DNA of 64,000 nucleotides from Felis catus (lineage: Eukaryota), in assembly GCF_018350175.1 (NCBI RefSeq), contig NC_058368.1:157358001-157422000 (forward strand), written 5' to 3'. The position numbers were made by a program, and so were the translations under genes. Below, piece by piece: positions 61,587 through 64,000 of this stretch (positions within the stretch are counted from its first letter, which is position 1; each line of letters starts with the position of its first letter). The notes beneath the pieces were generated by a model. That model had not been told where the DNA came from. It ran no database searches and worked only from the letters and a program-made list of their open reading frames with translations.

Positions 61587-64000
61587 TGATGAAGTTTTGG
61601 GGTGATGGTGGAGTGGTCTGGAGCCGATGGCCAAGAAAGAATTCTTGAAGATGTCTTTGGTACAAAAAGGTGATTTTATTTTATTTTATTTTATTTTATT
61701 TTATTTTATTTTATTTTAATGTGAAATTTATTGTCAAATTGGTTTCCATACAACACCCAGTGCTCATCCCAAAAGGTGCCCTCCTCAATGCCCATCACCC
61801 ACCCTCCCCTCCCTCCCACCCCCCATCAACCCTCAGTTTGTTCTCAGTTCTTAAGAGTCTCTTATGCTTTGGCTCCCTCCCTGTCTAACTTTTTTTTTTC
61901 CTTCCCCTCCCCTATAGTCTTCTGTTAAATTTCTCAGGATCCACATAAGAGTGAAAACATATGGTATCTGTCTTTCTCTGTATGACTTATTTCACTTAGC
62001 ATCCCACTCTCCAGTTCCATCCATGTTGCTGCAAAAGGCCATATTTCATTCTTTCTCATTGTCACGTAGTATTCCAATGTGTATATAAACCACAATTTCT
62101 TTATCCATTTATCAGTTGATGGACATTTAGGCTCTTTCCATCATTTGGCTATTGTTGAAAGTGCTGCTATAAACATTGGGGTACAAGTGCCCCTATGCAT
62201 CAGTACTCCTGTATCCCTTGGGTAAATTCCTAGCAGTGCTATTGCTGGGTCATAGGGTAGGTCTATTTTTAATTTTTTGAGGAACCTCTACACTGTGTTC
62301 CAGCGTGACTGCACCAATTTGCATTCCCACCAACAGTGCAAGAGGGTTCCCGTCTCTCCACATCCTCTCCAGCATCTATAGTCTCTTGATTTGTTCATTT
62401 TGGCCACTCTGACTGGCGTGAGGTGGTATCTGAGTGTGGTTTTGATTTGTATTTCCCTGATGAGGAGTGACGTTGAGCATCTTTTCATGTGCCTGTTGGC
62501 CATCCGGATGTCTTCTTTAGAGAAGTGTCTATTCATGTTTTCTGCCCATTTCTCCACTGGATTTCTTTTTTTTTGGGTGTTGAGTTTGAGGAGTTCTTTA
62601 TAGATTTTGGATACTAGCCCTTTGTCCAATATGTCATTTGCAAATATCTTTTCCCATTCCGTTGGTTGCCTTTTAGTTTTGTTGATTGTTTCCTTTGCAG
62701 TACAGAAGCTTTTTATCTTCATGAGGTCCCAATAGTTCATCTTTGCTTTTAATTCCCTTGCCTTTGGGGATGTGTCAAGTACGAAATTGCTGCGGCTGAA
62801 GTCAGAGAGGTTTTTTCCTGCTTTCTCTTCTAGGGTTTTGATGGTTTCCTGTGTCACATTCAGGTCCTTTATCCATTTTGAATTTGTTTTTGTGAATGGT
62901 GTGAGAGAGTGGTCTAGTTTCAATCTTCTGCATGTTGCTGTCCAGTTCTCCCAGCACCATTTGTTAAACAGACTGTCTTTCTTCCATTGGATATTCTTTC
63001 CTGCTTTGTCAAAGATCAGTTGGCCGTACTTTTGTGAGTCCAACTCTGGAGTCTCTATTCTATTCCATTGGTCTATGTGTCTGTTTTTGTGCCAATACCA
63101 TGCTGTCTTGATGATGACAGCTTTGTAGTAGAGGCTAAAGTCTGGGATTGTGATGCCTCCCGCTTTGGTCTTCTTCTTCAAAATTACTTTGGCTATTCGG
63201 GGTCTTTTGTGGTTCTATACAAATTTTAGGATTGCTTGTTCTAGCTTTGAGAAGAATGCTGGTGCAATTTTGATTGTGATTGCATTGAATGTGTAGATAG
63301 CTTTGGGTAATATTGACATTTATACAATATTGATTCTTCCAATCCGTGAGCATGGATGTTTTTCCATTTCTTTATATCTTCTTCAATTTCCTTCATAAGC
63401 TTTCTATAGTTTTCAGCATGCAGATATTTTACATCCAAAAAGGTGATTTTATTAAAGCATGGGGACAGGACCCGTGGCCAGAAAGAGCTGCACTGGGGTC
63501 ATGATGGGTAACTGATTATGTGCTCTCAGGTTGGGAGGGGGTCAGGGATAGAGTAGGTCTCTAAGCTATTTTGGAAACGAGGTTTCCAGGATCTTGAGGG
63601 GGGTGAGCTGTTGCTAGGGAAGCACCATTTATTACAGTTTGGTAAAACCTCAGTCACGAGACTTTCAGATGTATATCAGGGGGCCATAGGCTTGGAGTGT
63701 GATTGCCAGCATATACCCTGGGGGAGTTGAGATAAAGGAAGTTTCCAGTGGAATTTTTATATGTTAAAGTAGACTTACAGTATGCTCAAGGTTGGGATAA
63801 TGTGAAGCCAAGATGCTCTTTTGCCCCTAGCAAAATGTTATCAAGACAAGGAGCTCCTAGAGGGAGGTCACTCTGCTGGTTTCAAGGACTTGTCAGTGGG
63901 CTGTTCGCAGTAAGGGAATTTAATTTTTCATTTGCTTTTGTTTCTTGCATCACCATGGCAAGCACTTAAAACTCTTTCCTATGTTCTTGGGTAGCCAGGA
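61587..64000 (-). mobile_element. Carnivore ERV-type LTR (split by the L1 at 61681-63435; runs off the window end)
   Basis: tgatgaagttttgggg...gccgatggccaagaaagaattcttgaag...aaaaggtgattttattaaagcatggggacaggacccgtgg; TTTATT is the antisense LTR poly(A) signal. Confidence 0.6.
61681..63435 (-). mobile_element. Young 5'-truncated felid L1 (ORF2 C-terminal part, disrupted)
   Basis: ORF 62288-63181 is L1 ORF2 C-terminus ([15 protein letters not shown]...HCWWECKLV); (AATAA)n tail; perfect 18-bp TSD caaaaaggtgattttatt at 61663-61680 and 63436-63453. Confidence 0.95.

Noticed and set aside
62288..63181. Longest ORF (297 aa) as a host gene or active retrotransposon
   Set aside because: It is the L1 ORF2 C-terminus in a 5'-truncated copy. 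It has a premature TAG where W is expected, an upstream frame break near 63350, and no ORF1, endonuclease or RT core.
47100..64000. A neighbouring gene (GLRX follows RHOBTB3 in human, from memory)
   Set aside because: No glutaredoxin-like exon or other coding exon recognised; the region is almost all repeats.

Overview
Eukaryotic genomic DNA from a felid carnivore: the young SINEC_Fc-type CAN-SINEs and felid-type L1 3' ends point to Felidae. The window carries the 3' part of RHOBTB3 on the + strand. Ten coding exons (exons 3-12 by human numbering, the first cut by the window edge) join through canonical GT-AG introns into 1599 nt = 532 aa + stop. This covers the atypical Rho-like domain, the split BTB1, BTB2 and a C-terminal CAAX (CLVM). 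A ~2.9 kb 3'UTR follows. The introns and the ~17 kb downstream are mostly transposon-derived: ~25 CAN-SINEs, L1s of several ages, L2/MIR/CR1 relics, MaLR/ERV LTRs, and hAT and Tigger DNA-transposon fossils. Nearly all ORFs in the supplied track are spurious, repeat-derived or exon read-through. I cannot support a wholly new biological system here. The most interesting leads are (i) lineage-specific inverted SINEs around in-frame exon blocks (circRNA/skipping potential), (ii) a NAGNAG acceptor next to the nucleotide-binding Asn, (iii) a local GC/CpG spike at exon 11, and (iv) several nested insertions whose order can be read from target-site duplications (TSDs). Repeat family names and comparisons with human are from memory, not from a search.
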